DNA from: Sideroxydans sp.
Lineage (GTDB): Bacteria; Pseudomonadota; Gammaproteobacteria; Burkholderiales; Gallionellaceae
Direction: 5' to 3'
NCBI GenBank assembly: GCA_013824485.1
Contig: PNNY01000001.1
Coordinates: 12,017 to 76,016 of the forward strand
Length of the DNA: 64,000 nt
Below are positions 19,592 through 28,660 of this stretch, piece by piece. Below the pieces are notes generated by a model. The model saw only the letters and a list, made by a program, of their open reading frames with translations. It did not search any database and was not told the DNA's origin. The first letter of the stretch is position 1, and each line of letters opens with the position of its first letter. A program made the position numbers and the translations under genes.

Positions 19592-20042
19592 CGGGCAGTC
19601 TTCCTCCACCCTGTCAGGCACTTTCCTCGCATTCGATTTCGGCACCAAACGCATCGGCATCGCCGTAGGCAACAATATCTCCGGCACCGCCCGCCCTCTC
19701 TCTACCATCAACGATGAGAAGACCGAGGTGCGCTTCACCTCCATCGCGGCTCTTCTCAAAGAATGGCAGCCCGTAGCCCTTGTGGTGGGGCTACCATGTA
19801 ACGATGACGGCACACCGCATGAGATGACTGCCCTGTGCCGCCGCTTCGCCAACCGTCTCAAAGGGCGCTTCGATTTGCCCACGATTTTGGTCGATGAGCG
19901 GTATACTTCCGCCGCTGCAAGCAGTGCGTTAGACGATGAAGGAATCCATGGCCGCAAGCAAAAGTCTCTTATCGACCAATACGCCGCGCAGCAGATACTG
20001 CAAGCGTATTTTGATGAACCCAGCGCAGGAATCTACGCATGA
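19584..20042 (+). CDS. yqgF: pre-16S rRNA nuclease YqgF (RuvX)
   Basis: [23 protein letters not shown]. Confidence 0.92.
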   Translation: MPDGQSSSTLSGTFLAFDFGTKRIGIAVGNNISGTARPLSTINDEKTEVRFTSIAALLKEWQPVALVVGLPCNDDGTPHEMTALCRRFANRLKGRFDLPTILVDERYTSAAASSALDDEGIHGRKQKSLIDQYAAQQILQAYFDEPSAGIYA

Positions 20043-20995
20043 ATAATCCTCAGTTGAACAAGCACGGTGAACTTCAACATCTGTTGAGCACCGAAGGTCT
20101 TCCCGCGCGCATCCTGCGCGACATCCTCGACACGGCCGCCGGCTTCGTGAACATCGTCGAAGGCAGCGAGATCAAAAAGGTCCCGTTGCTACACGGCAAG
20201 TCTGTGTTCAACATCTTCTTCGAAAACAGCACCCGCACCCGCACCACCTTCGAGATCGCAGCGAAGAAACTCTCCGCCGACGTGGTCAATCTCAACATCG
20301 GCTCCTCCAGCACCAGCAAGGGCGAAACACTGCTGGATACGGTGGACAACCTGTGCGCGATGCACGCCGACATGTTCGTAGTGCGTCATTCCTCCAGTGG
20401 TGCAGCTCACCTCATCGCACAGCATGTCGCACCTGACATCCACGTCATCAACGCCGGCGATGGACGCCACGCGCATCCCACGCAAGCGCTGTTGGACATG
20501 TTCACCATCCGCCACTACAAGAAAGAGTTCCACAACCTGAAGGTCGCCATCGTGGGCGATGTGTTGCACTCTCGTGTAGCACGTTCGCAGATCCATGCGC
20601 TGACCACACTGGGCGTACCTGAAGTGCGCGTCGTCGCCCCCAAGACGCTGTTGCCGACCCACGTCGAGAAGCTCGGCGTGCAGGTCTATCACGACATGGA
20701 ACAAGGCTTGAAAGATGTGGACGTGGTGATGATGCTGCGCCTGCAGAACGAACGCATGCAGGGGGCGCTACTACCCTCGGCTCAGGAATATTTCAAATAC
20801 TACGGACTCACACAAGAGCGTCTGGCTGCTGCCAAGGGCGACGCCATCGTAATGCACCCCGGTCCGATGAATCGCGGCGTAGAGATCGACTCCAGCGTGG
20901 CGGATGGTTCGCAATCGGTCATCCTGCCGCAGGTCACTTTCGGTATCGCGGTGCGCATGGCGGTGATGAGCACGCTAGCAGGAGCAAAACAATGA
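20039..20995 (+). CDS. pyrB: aspartate carbamoyltransferase catalytic subunit
   Basis: [24 protein letters not shown]. Confidence 0.96.
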   Translation: MNNPQLNKHGELQHLLSTEGLPARILRDILDTAAGFVNIVEGSEIKKVPLLHGKSVFNIFFENSTRTRTTFEIAAKKLSADVVNLNIGSSSTSKGETLLDTVDNLCAMHADMFVVRHSSSGAAHLIAQHVAPDIHVINAGDGRHAHPTQALLDMFTIRHYKKEFHNLKVAIVGDVLHSRVARSQIHALTTLGVPEVRVVAPKTLLPTHVEKLGVQVYHDMEQGLKDVDVVMMLRLQNERMQGALLPSAQEYFKYYGLTQERLAAAKGDAIVMHPGPMNRGVEIDSSVADGSQSVILPQVTFGIAVRMAVMSTLAGAKQ

Positions 20996-22266
20996 ATATC
21001 CTGATCAAGAACGGTCGTGTGATCGATCCCAAAAACAAACTCGATGCACAGCAGGACGTGTTCATCTCGGCGCGTCGTATCGCCGCCATTGGCAAAGCTC
21101 CAGATGGTTTCGTCGCTGACCAAGTGATCGATGCCAGCGGCCTCATTGTGATGCCCGGCCTGACGGATGTCGCCGCGCGTCTGCGCGAACCCGGATACGA
21201 ATATCGTGCCACCTTGGAATCGGAGATGAGCGCCGCAGTGGCTGGGGGCGTGACCTCTCTCTCCTGTCCGCCCGACACCGATCCACCATTGGATGAACCG
21301 GGTCTGGTGGAGATGCTCAAGCATCGTGCGCGCAATCTCAACCAGTGCCGCGTGTTCCCTCAGGGGGCGCTGACCTACGGATTGAAAGGTGCGGAACTCA
21401 CCGAAATGATCGAGCTGACTGAAGCGGGATGTAAGGCCTTCAGCCAAGCCGACGTGCCACTCACCGACACCCGCGTATTGATGCGTGCCATGCAGTACGC
21501 CGCTACCTTTGGCTACCGCGTGTGGTTGCGTCCGCAAGACAGCTTCCTCGCCAAGAACGGTGTAGCGCATGACGGAGAAGTCGCCACTCGCTTAGGTTTG
21601 CCGCCCATCCCCGTCGCGGCGGAGACCGTCGCACTATCCACCGCACTGCAACTCGCACGCGAGACCGGTGTGACGCTACATATTTGCCGCGTCTCTAGCG
21701 GCGCCGGTGTCGAGATGATCCGCGCTGCGAAACGTGAAGGGTTGAAAGTCACCTGCGACGTGTCGATGAACCACGTGCACCTCACCGAGATGGATATCGG
21801 CTACTTCGATTCCAACTGCCACCTCGTGCCACCTCTGCGCAGCCTGCGTGACCGCGATGCACTACGTGCCGGACTGCGCGATGGCACCATCGACGCCATT
21901 TGCTCCAACCATTCACCCGTGGATGAAGATGCCAAACAGATGCCTTTCGCCGAAGCAGAAGATGGCGCGACAGGCTTGGAACTGCTGCTACCGCTGGTGC
22001 TGAAATGGGCCGAGCAAGACAAGATCCCGTTGCTGGATGCACTCGCTCGCATCACCATCAACCCAGCTCAATTGTTGGGCGTGAAGATGGGCCACCTCAG
22101 CATTGGCGCCCATGCCGACCTCTGCGTGTTCGATCCCAAAGCCGCTTGGAAGGTAGAGCCTGCCGCCCTCAAGAGCCAAGGTAAGAACACGCCGTTCAAT
22201 GGCTACGAGATGCAAGGCCGCGTGCGTTATACCTTGCTCGACGGGCAGTTAGTCTTTCAACAATAA
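20992..22266 (+). CDS. pyrC: dihydroorotase-like protein (probably the inactive PyrC' ATCase scaffold)
   Basis: Amidohydrolase fold with SQGKNTPF; metal motif HxH replaced ([10 protein letters not shown]). Confidence 0.88.
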   Translation: MNILIKNGRVIDPKNKLDAQQDVFISARRIAAIGKAPDGFVADQVIDASGLIVMPGLTDVAARLREPGYEYRATLESEMSAAVAGGVTSLSCPPDTDPPLDEPGLVEMLKHRARNLNQCRVFPQGALTYGLKGAELTEMIELTEAGCKAFSQADVPLTDTRVLMRAMQYAATFGYRVWLRPQDSFLAKNGVAHDGEVATRLGLPPIPVAAETVALSTALQLARETGVTLHICRVSSGAGVEMIRAAKREGLKVTCDVSMNHVHLTEMDIGYFDSNCHLVPPLRSLRDRDALRAGLRDGTIDAICSNHSPVDEDAKQMPFAEAEDGATGLELLLPLVLKWAEQDKIPLLDALARITINPAQLLGVKMGHLSIGAHADLCVFDPKAAWKVEPAALKSQGKNTPFNGYEMQGRVRYTLLDGQLVFQQ

Positions 22267-22285
22267 GCAATTCGGATTTACCTTA

Positions 22286-22310
22286 AGGTGGTCGCAAATT
22301 GTGACCACCT
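22286..22310. promoter_or_regulatory. 25-bp palindrome upstream of the ORF6N gene (putative operator)
   Basis: AGGTGGTCGCAA-A-TTGTGACCACCT; same core recurs at 22556-22570 inside the gene. Confidence 0.55.
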
Positions 22311-22346
22311 GTTGGGCTACACAAGGTGACAACTAGGGGGTTAGTG

Positions 22347-22880
22347 ATGACCGACAAGCAACCACTCATTACGATGGCGAACATCGAAAGCAAAATTCTG
22401 CTTATCCGTGGGCAGAAAGTCATGTTGGATGCGGACTTGGCGGAGCTTTATGAGGTGGAGACCAGACGGCTAAATGAGCAGATGAGCCGTAACAAAGAGC
22501 GATTTCCCGAAGACTTCATGTTCCAACTGACTGCTGAAGAGTTCGCCAACTTGAAGTCGCAAATTGCGACATCAAGTTGGGGCGGTAGACGCAAACTGCC
22601 CTATGCCTTCACCGAACACGGCGCACTCATGCTGGGTAACGTGCTCAAATCTGATCGAGCCGTCGATGTCAGCATCATGATTGTTCGCACCTTCGTACAC
22701 CTGCGTGAACTGGTCTCCAGCAACAACGAACTTTCACAAAAGTTGGATAAACTCGAACGAAAATTCGCAGGCCATGACCGAGCAATTTCGGAATTGATTA
22801 ACGCCATCCGCCAACTCATGTCACCCTCTGAGTCAGATAAGAAACGCCCCATCGGCTTTGCGCCGTGGGATAAAAAATGA
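22347..22880 (+). CDS. ORF6N-domain DNA-binding protein
   Basis: IRGQKVMLDADLAELY, RFPEDFMFQL, GGRRKLPYAFTEHG, C-terminal RPIGF. Confidence 0.9.
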   Translation: MTDKQPLITMANIESKILLIRGQKVMLDADLAELYEVETRRLNEQMSRNKERFPEDFMFQLTAEEFANLKSQIATSSWGGRRKLPYAFTEHGALMLGNVLKSDRAVDVSIMIVRTFVHLRELVSSNNELSQKLDKLERKFAGHDRAISELINAIRQLMSPSESDKKRPIGFAPWDKK

Positions 22881-22898
22881 AACGAAGCAAACCCACAA

Positions 22899-24950
22899 AT
22901 GACTACACACACCAAACTAGCTAATCCCCTATTGAATTTCTCCGGTCTCCCCCGTTTCGCAGAGATCAAACCCGAACATGTCGCACCGGCCATCGAACAA
23001 TTGCTCGATGAGAACCGTACGCTCATCACTCGTTTGCTAGCTGATGACTCATTACCAACATGGGATGCGTTCGTGCGTCCGATGGAGGATGCGAACGAAC
23101 GCCTAGGTCGCGCATGGGGCCCCGTTGGTCATTTGAACGCGGTGATGAACTCGCCTGAGTTGCGCGATGCTTACAACTCGACCTTGCCTAAGATCACGGC
23201 CTACTACGCCGAGCTAGGACAGAACCTCGCGCTGTTCAAAAAATTCAAGGCACTGCGCAACAGTGCCGAGTTCGCCGGGCTGAGCGCGGCGCGCAAGAAG
23301 ATCATCGAGAACGAGCTGCGCGATTTCCGTTTGGGCGGTGCTGAGTTGCCGGATGACAAGAAGACGCGCTACCTCGCGGTGCAGGAACGTCAATCCGAGT
23401 TGTCCGCACGCTTCTCCGACAACATCCTCGATGCGACCAACGAATACACCTTGCTCATCGAGAACCGCGGCGAGCTGAACGGACTGCCGGAAGATGTGTT
23501 GCAGACCGCACGCGAAGCGGCGCAGGCGGCTGAAAAGACGGGCTGGTTGTTCACACTGAAAGCGCCGTCTTATCTGCCTGTGATGCAGTTCGCTGACAAC
23601 CGTGACCTGCGCGAGAAGATGTACCGCGCTTATGCCACACGCGCTTCCGAGTTCGGCAAGCCTGAGTTGGACAACACACCCTTGATGGATGAGATCGTCG
23701 CGCTGCGTGCCGAGGAAGCGCAATTGCTCGGCTTTGCCAATTTCGGCGAACTCTCTCTCGCCGCCAAGATGGCGGAGACCCCGCAGCAGGTGGTGGACTT
23801 CATGCGCGAGCTGGCGCAACGTGCGCGACCTTTTGCGGAAAAAGACTTGGTCGAACTGCGTGAGTTCGCCAAGACGAAACTCGACATCAACGACATGCGC
23901 TCGTGGGATGTGGCCTACGCCAGCGAGAAACTGCGCGAGCAGCGCTATGCCTTCTCTGAACAGGAAGTGAAGCAATACTTCCCCGAAGATGCGGTGATGG
24001 CGGGTTTGTTCAAGCTAGTAGAGACTTTGTTCGGCTTGCAGATCAAATCTGCACAAGCACCGAAGTGGCACGAGACCGTGCGCTTCTTCGACATCCGCGA
24101 TGCGCAGGACAAACTGGTGGGTCATTTCTATCTCGACCTGTACGCACGCAACAGCAAACGCGGTGGGGCATGGATGGACGATGTCATCACGCGCCGTCGT
24201 TTGGAAAAAGGTATTCAAACTCCCGTCGCCTACCTCAACTGTAATTTCTCAGCGCCCGTCGGCGGTAAGCCAGCGGTGTTCACCCACGACGAAGTACAGA
24301 CCTTGTTCCACGAGTTCGGTCATGGTTTGCATCATCTGCTCACCGAGGTGGAAGACCTTGGCGTATCAGGCATCAACGGTGTGGAATGGGATGCGGTCGA
24401 ATTGCCCAGCCAGTTCATGGAGAACTTCTGCTGGGAGTGGGACGTGCTGCAAGGCATGACGCGCCACGCAGACACCAACGAGAAATTGCCACGTGCGCTG
24501 TTCGACAAGATGTTGGCCGCGAAGAACTTCCAGAGCGGGCTAGCCACGCTGCGCCAGATCGAATTCGCTCTGTTCGACATGCTGATGCACAGCAACTTCA
24601 ACGTCGGCCAAGGCAAGACGATATTGCAGTTGCTAGACGAAGTACGCGCCGAAGTGGCGGTGCTCATCCCGCCCGAGTTCAACCGCTTCCCGCAAAGTTT
24701 CTCGCACATCTTCTCCGGTGGATATTCCGCTGGCTATTACAGCTACAAGTGGGCGGAGGTATTGTCGGCGGATGCGTACAGCTTGTTCGAAGAGCATGGC
24801 GTACTCAATCCAGAGATCGGCGCGCGCTTCCGTGCCGAGGTGCTGGCGATGGGCGGTGCGCGCCCCGCGATGGAATCGTTCACCGCCTTCCGTGGCCGCG
24901 CCCCTTCCATCGACGCGCTGTTGCGGCATAATGGGCTCATCGAAGCCTAA
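22899..24950 (+). CDS. prlC: oligopeptidase A (M3 family)
   Basis: KRGGAWM, FHEFGH, WDAVELPSQ, YYSYKWAEV. Confidence 0.95.
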   Translation: MTTHTKLANPLLNFSGLPRFAEIKPEHVAPAIEQLLDENRTLITRLLADDSLPTWDAFVRPMEDANERLGRAWGPVGHLNAVMNSPELRDAYNSTLPKITAYYAELGQNLALFKKFKALRNSAEFAGLSAARKKIIENELRDFRLGGAELPDDKKTRYLAVQERQSELSARFSDNILDATNEYTLLIENRGELNGLPEDVLQTAREAAQAAEKTGWLFTLKAPSYLPVMQFADNRDLREKMYRAYATRASEFGKPELDNTPLMDEIVALRAEEAQLLGFANFGELSLAAKMAETPQQVVDFMRELAQRARPFAEKDLVELREFAKTKLDINDMRSWDVAYASEKLREQRYAFSEQEVKQYFPEDAVMAGLFKLVETLFGLQIKSAQAPKWHETVRFFDIRDAQDKLVGHFYLDLYARNSKRGGAWMDDVITRRRLEKGIQTPVAYLNCNFSAPVGGKPAVFTHDEVQTLFHEFGHGLHHLLTEVEDLGVSGINGVEWDAVELPSQFMENFCWEWDVLQGMTRHADTNEKLPRALFDKMLAAKNFQSGLATLRQIEFALFDMLMHSNFNVGQGKTILQLLDEVRAEVAVLIPPEFNRFPQSFSHIFSGGYSAGYYSYKWAEVLSADAYSLFEEHGVLNPEIGARFRAEVLAMGGARPAMESFTAFRGRAPSIDALLRHNGLIEA

Positions 24951-24960
24951 GGAGTTAGCT

Positions 24961-25440
24961 ATGAGACCGCTGCTGATCGTATGCGCAATGGTGTTCTTTT
25001 CTACCGCTCACGCGGGTGAACTCTTCCGTTACATCGACAACAACGGTCGGGTGCAATACAGCGACAAATATGACGCGGATGCCGAGCAGCTCAAGCTAGG
25101 CAATGAGCCTACGGTAGAAGAAGCCCTCCCCTACGAGACACAAAAGGCGAAACAGTTCTTTCCGGTGACGCTCTATGTGTTCGACAAATGCGGCGCGCCA
25201 TGCACCGAAGCAAAAGCATTGCTGACGACGCGCGGCGTCCCTTTCACTGAAAAGAATCTGGTCACCACAGAAGACTTAGACGAATACCGCAAAGCCTCTG
25301 GCACCGACCAAGCGCCAGCGATGTTGCTAGGCAAGACTTGGGTCAAAGGTTTCCTCGCCGAGCAGTGGCACAAGGAACTCGACTTCGCGGGCTATCCCAA
25401 GAGTGCGCCCTATCGCGCCAAACCCGCTACTGCAAAATGA
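24961..25440 (+). CDS. exported DUF4124 / glutaredoxin-like protein
   Basis: Signal peptide, FRYIDNNGRVQYSD, CGAPC; GGAG Shine-Dalgarno upstream. Confidence 0.75.
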   Translation: MRPLLIVCAMVFFSTAHAGELFRYIDNNGRVQYSDKYDADAEQLKLGNEPTVEEALPYETQKAKQFFPVTLYVFDKCGAPCTEAKALLTTRGVPFTEKNLVTTEDLDEYRKASGTDQAPAMLLGKTWVKGFLAEQWHKELDFAGYPKSAPYRAKPATAK

Positions 25441-26195
25441 AGATAGCCACTTGGAACGTGAACTCCCTCAAGGTGCGCTTGCCGCATCTGTTGGATTGGT
25501 TGGTGACGAATCCTATCGACGTGGTGTGCCTGCAAGAGACCAAGACCGAAGATAAGAACTTCCCGCTGGTAGAGATCGAAGCGGCGGGATATCAGGTCGC
25601 GTTCATTGGACAGAAGACCTACAACGGCGTCGCTATCTTGAGCCGCCATGCCATCAGCGATGTGCAGTTCGGCATCCCAAATCTTGACGATGAACAAAAA
25701 CGCGTCATCGCCGCCACCATTAACGGCGTGCGCATCGTGTGTGTGTATATCCCCAACGGGCAGAGCCTCGATTCGGACAAATACCAATACAAACTCAAAT
25801 GGCTGGCCGCGTTGAAGTTGTGGCTGAAAGACGAGTTGGCGAAGTACCCCAAGCTGGCACTGCTGGGCGATTACAACATCGCCCCCGAAGACCGCGACTG
25901 CCACGACCCCGTGGCATGGCAAGGCAATGTGCTGGTGAGCGAACCGGAACGCGATGCCTTCAAAGGCTTGGTCGCACTTGGACTGCGCGACTCATTCCGC
26001 CTGTTCGAACAAGCCGAAAAGAGTTACTCGTGGTGGGATTACCGCATGATGGGCTTCCGCCGCAACCTAGGCATGCGCATCGACCACATCCTCATCAGCG
26101 ATGGGTTGCAATGCAGCGGATGCGTCATCGACAAAGCACCGCGTAAGTTGGAACGGCCTTCTGATCACACGCCGGTGATTGCGGAGGTGAGTTGA
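25437..26195 (+). CDS. xth: exodeoxyribonuclease III
   Basis: ATWNVNS, LQETK, GDYNIAP, SDHTPV. Confidence 0.95.
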   Translation: MKIATWNVNSLKVRLPHLLDWLVTNPIDVVCLQETKTEDKNFPLVEIEAAGYQVAFIGQKTYNGVAILSRHAISDVQFGIPNLDDEQKRVIAATINGVRIVCVYIPNGQSLDSDKYQYKLKWLAALKLWLKDELAKYPKLALLGDYNIAPEDRDCHDPVAWQGNVLVSEPERDAFKGLVALGLRDSFRLFEQAEKSYSWWDYRMMGFRRNLGMRIDHILISDGLQCSGCVIDKAPRKLERPSDHTPVIAEVS

Positions 26196-26220
26196 TGTGG
26201 ATTTTGAATAATTGGTTTTC

Positions 26221-26259
26221 AGGATATACACCAATTTCGGTGTATACCTCACGTTAGAT
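26221..26259 (+). mobile_element. cassette-array entry site (attI-like or truncated attC)
   Basis: Inverted repeat AGG(A)TATACACC / GGTGTATACCT followed by core GTTAGAT (26253-26259), which complements R'' at 27048. Confidence 0.55.
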
Positions 26260-26271
26260 CGGTACTTACCA

Positions 26272-27084
26272 ATGACACTTTGCGAAATTTCACAGAAGAA
26301 GTCGGGTTGGATTTGGAATGCACTCAGAAGTGCTCGCTTGCATGACTCAAAGATTGGTGAAGAGTCCATCACCGACTTCTTCGTGCTCGAACTCAAGAAG
26401 GCATCTAAAGGCACTTACTTCATTGACTCCTTTACCCGCCCGAAGGAAAAGGTAACCGGAGCCGACTGGGAACTTTGGTTCACTGGGCCATCCAAAAAAT
26501 GGATCGGCCTTCGAGTACAGGCGAAAGTCATCTCTATCGACGGCAAGCGATATGCCCAGCTTCACTACAAACGGAAAGACGGTACATTCCAAATAGATCA
26601 ATTGATCACAGATGCCAAGAAACACAAAGCCACTCCGCTGTACTGTCTCTATTCATATTGGCGCAGTGCGGAGGCAGGGAAAATCCATTGGCCTTGTGGA
26701 ACAATAAAGCGGAATTCGAGACTCTTTGGCGCAAGCATCATGTCTGTCACAAGCGTGCAAACACTGAAGGCTGCGAAAGATGACTCACTGAAAAGCGTTG
26801 CAAAACATCTAAATCCATTGCACTGCATATTTTGTTGCCAAGGCTACGCTCAAGGAGATCTTCCCGCTCGAGCACATGGATTTTTGCGGGCGAGAGGGTA
26901 TCTAGACCAAGACTCACAATTGTTGCTTGACGAACCACCTTACTATGTCAGTCAGATGCTTCGCGGCACACAAGAAGGCGACCTGATTGACGTCCACGAT
27001 GAGAATCTTTCTAGAGTAACCGTTATCCGTGAGGTGGACGAAGAACGATCTAACATGGCAGTCCACACGGACGCTGCGCGATAA
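26272..27084 (+). CDS. integron cassette protein, PD-(D/E)XK-like nuclease fold (resembles DUF6615)
   Basis: EESITD...E.VTGADWELW...LRVQAK...PLYCLY; ATG 13 nt after the core site; stop inside the attC. Confidence 0.7.
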   Translation: MTLCEISQKKSGWIWNALRSARLHDSKIGEESITDFFVLELKKASKGTYFIDSFTRPKEKVTGADWELWFTGPSKKWIGLRVQAKVISIDGKRYAQLHYKRKDGTFQIDQLITDAKKHKATPLYCLYSYWRSAEAGKIHWPCGTIKRNSRLFGASIMSVTSVQTLKAAKDDSLKSVAKHLNPLHCIFCCQGYAQGDLPARAHGFLRARGYLDQDSQLLLDEPPYYVSQMLRGTQEGDLIDVHDENLSRVTVIREVDEERSNMAVHTDAAR

Positions 27085-27117
27085 AGCTGCGCAGCGCCGG
27101 TGACTTTTACGTTGGGC
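27048..27117 (+). mobile_element. integron attC site
   Basis: R'' ATCTAAC, L'' AGTCCAC, stem CGCTGCGC/GCGCAGCG, L' GTGACT, R' GTTGGGC. Confidence 0.92.
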
Positions 27118-27134
27118 AGACATGGAGGCTTAGC

Positions 27135-27407
27135 ATGCAAACCGATATGCATAACACAGACAATCCTAAACGTCTCTTTAGGCTTCAAAAACTTTGGATG
27201 CGCCTTTTTGCTATTGCACAGGGGCAATCAATTGGTATGAATGAGGCGCTTGATATTCTCGTGACCCGAGCAACTACACTTTCTAATGATGATGTTTCAG
27301 ACTTGAGACAAATGATTAATCAATCAGCGCAGCCCGCCTCAGAGTCTATTCACTGGAAACAAATTGTTTCTGGTGGAGGTGGCCCCGGAACGGGAAAGAG
27401 AAAATAG
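27135..27407 (+). CDS. integron cassette hypothetical protein
   Basis: GGAGG Shine-Dalgarno right after GTTGGGC; stop followed by R''-like GCCTAAC (27415-27421). Confidence 0.7.
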   Translation: MQTDMHNTDNPKRLFRLQKLWMRLFAIAQGQSIGMNEALDILVTRATTLSNDDVSDLRQMINQSAQPASESIHWKQIVSGGGGPGTGKRK

Positions 27408-27414
27408 TGTTGCA

Positions 27415-27498
27415 GCCTAACTGTACGGCCGCGAGTATCACACCGTGCCTCTCACGAGCCTACATTAAATGAGCAAATTGCCTAACTTTACGTTAGTC
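27415..27498 (+). mobile_element. degenerate attC remnant
   Basis: GCCTAAC at 27415 and TTTAC-GTTAGTC at 27487-27498; L boxes do not pair. Confidence 0.45.
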
Positions 27499-27526
27499 CC
27501 CAAAGTCTTTTCCACCACAATCTGTA

Positions 27527-28207
27527 ATGCCCGACGACATCCTTTTCCAAGACGCGCACTTACTCATCGTCCATAAACCCGCTGGCCTGCTGTCCGTGCC
27601 GGGGCGCGGTGAGGATAAGCAGGATTGTCTGTCTGCCCGCATTCAACAAGTATTCCCCGATGCCCTAGTCGTTCATCGCCTCGATATGGCGACTTCAGGT
27701 TTGATGGTGTTCGCGCGGAGTGAGGCGATGCAGCGCGAGTTGTCGCGCATGTTTCGGGAGCGGGAGGTGACCAAACGATACGTGGCGTTGGTGGCGGGCG
27801 TGCTTGAGAATGAGGTTGGTGAGATCGATCTACCGCTCATTGTGGATTGGCCGAACCGTCCGAGGAGCAAGGTTGACCACGAGCTAGGTAAGCCCTCGCT
27901 CACGCGCTATCGTTTGCTGGGTGTGGAGTCACTAAGTTCGCGCGCCAAAATCGGCGCATCCTTCGATACGGCTTTGCCTACTCAGGACGAACGGAATTTA
28001 GCAGTTTCGCGTGTCGAGTTGGAACCCATCACCGGGCGCACGCATCAGCTACGCCTTCACCTCGCCAGCATCGGCCATCCCATCATCGGGGATACTTTGT
28101 ACGGGGGGCGCAGTGCGGAGCGCTTGATGTTGCATGCGACGCGTTTGGCATTCAATCACCCTATCAATGCGATGCCCTTGTACTTCGAGAGTGACGCCCC
28201 ATATTGA
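27527..28207 (+). CDS. rluA: RluA-family pseudouridine synthase
   Basis: KPAGLLSVPG, HRLDMATSG, TGRTHQLRLH. Confidence 0.9.
   Translation: MPDDILFQDAHLLIVHKPAGLLSVPGRGEDKQDCLSARIQQVFPDALVVHRLDMATSGLMVFARSEAMQRELSRMFREREVTKRYVALVAGVLENEVGEIDLPLIVDWPNRPRSKVDHELGKPSLTRYRLLGVESLSSRAKIGASFDTALPTQDERNLAVSRVELEPITGRTHQLRLHLASIGHPIIGDTLYGGRSAERLMLHATRLAFNHPINAMPLYFESDAPY
27932..28001. repeat. REP-like palindromic insertion, in-frame within rluA
   Basis: Core CCTTCGATACGGCTTTGCCTACTCAGGACGAACGG (27960-27994) bounded by CTAAGTTC / GAATTTAG. Confidence 0.5.
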
Positions 28208-28264
28208 GTGGTGCGTCCGTTATAATCCGCACCGTTATCTACCGCTCATTTCAAGGATGTTTTG

Positions 28265-28645
28265 ATGGCTTTGCCTAAACCTGCTCTTACCATTCCGCTC
28301 GCGCTCGTTACCATCGTTGCGGCGGTGTTCGCAGCGTACACATGGGTGGCGTTGACGTGGAACTACTCGGAGGGGGAGCGTGCAGGTTTCATGCAGAAGC
28401 TGTCGAAAAAGGGCTGGCTGTGCAAAACTTGGGAAGGTGAGCTTTCTTTGGTGGCATTGCCCGGTGCGGCGCCCGAGAAGTTCTTGTTCACCGTGCGTGA
28501 CGATGCGGTAGCAGACAAGATCAACAAGCTCGTTGGCCAGCGCGTGGCGTTGGTGTATGCAGAACACAAAGGGGTGCCCACCAGTTGTTTTGGTGACACC
28601 GCGTATTTCGTGTCAGATGTAAAAGTTGTACAACCTAATCTTTAA
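28265..28645 (+). CDS. conserved membrane-anchored hypothetical protein
   Basis: N-terminal TM; YSEGERAG..QKLSKKGWLCKTWEGEL...CFGDT. Confidence 0.75.
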   Translation: MALPKPALTIPLALVTIVAAVFAAYTWVALTWNYSEGERAGFMQKLSKKGWLCKTWEGELSLVALPGAAPEKFLFTVRDDAVADKINKLVGQRVALVYAEHKGVPTSCFGDTAYFVSDVKVVQPNL

Positions 28646-28660
28646 ACCTAGAGGAATCAG

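Noticed and set aside
24718-24960. Long upstream extensions of the glutaredoxin-like ORF (likewise xth, yqgE, def, LysM)
   Set aside because: They overlap neighbouring genes; downstream ATGs match family starts
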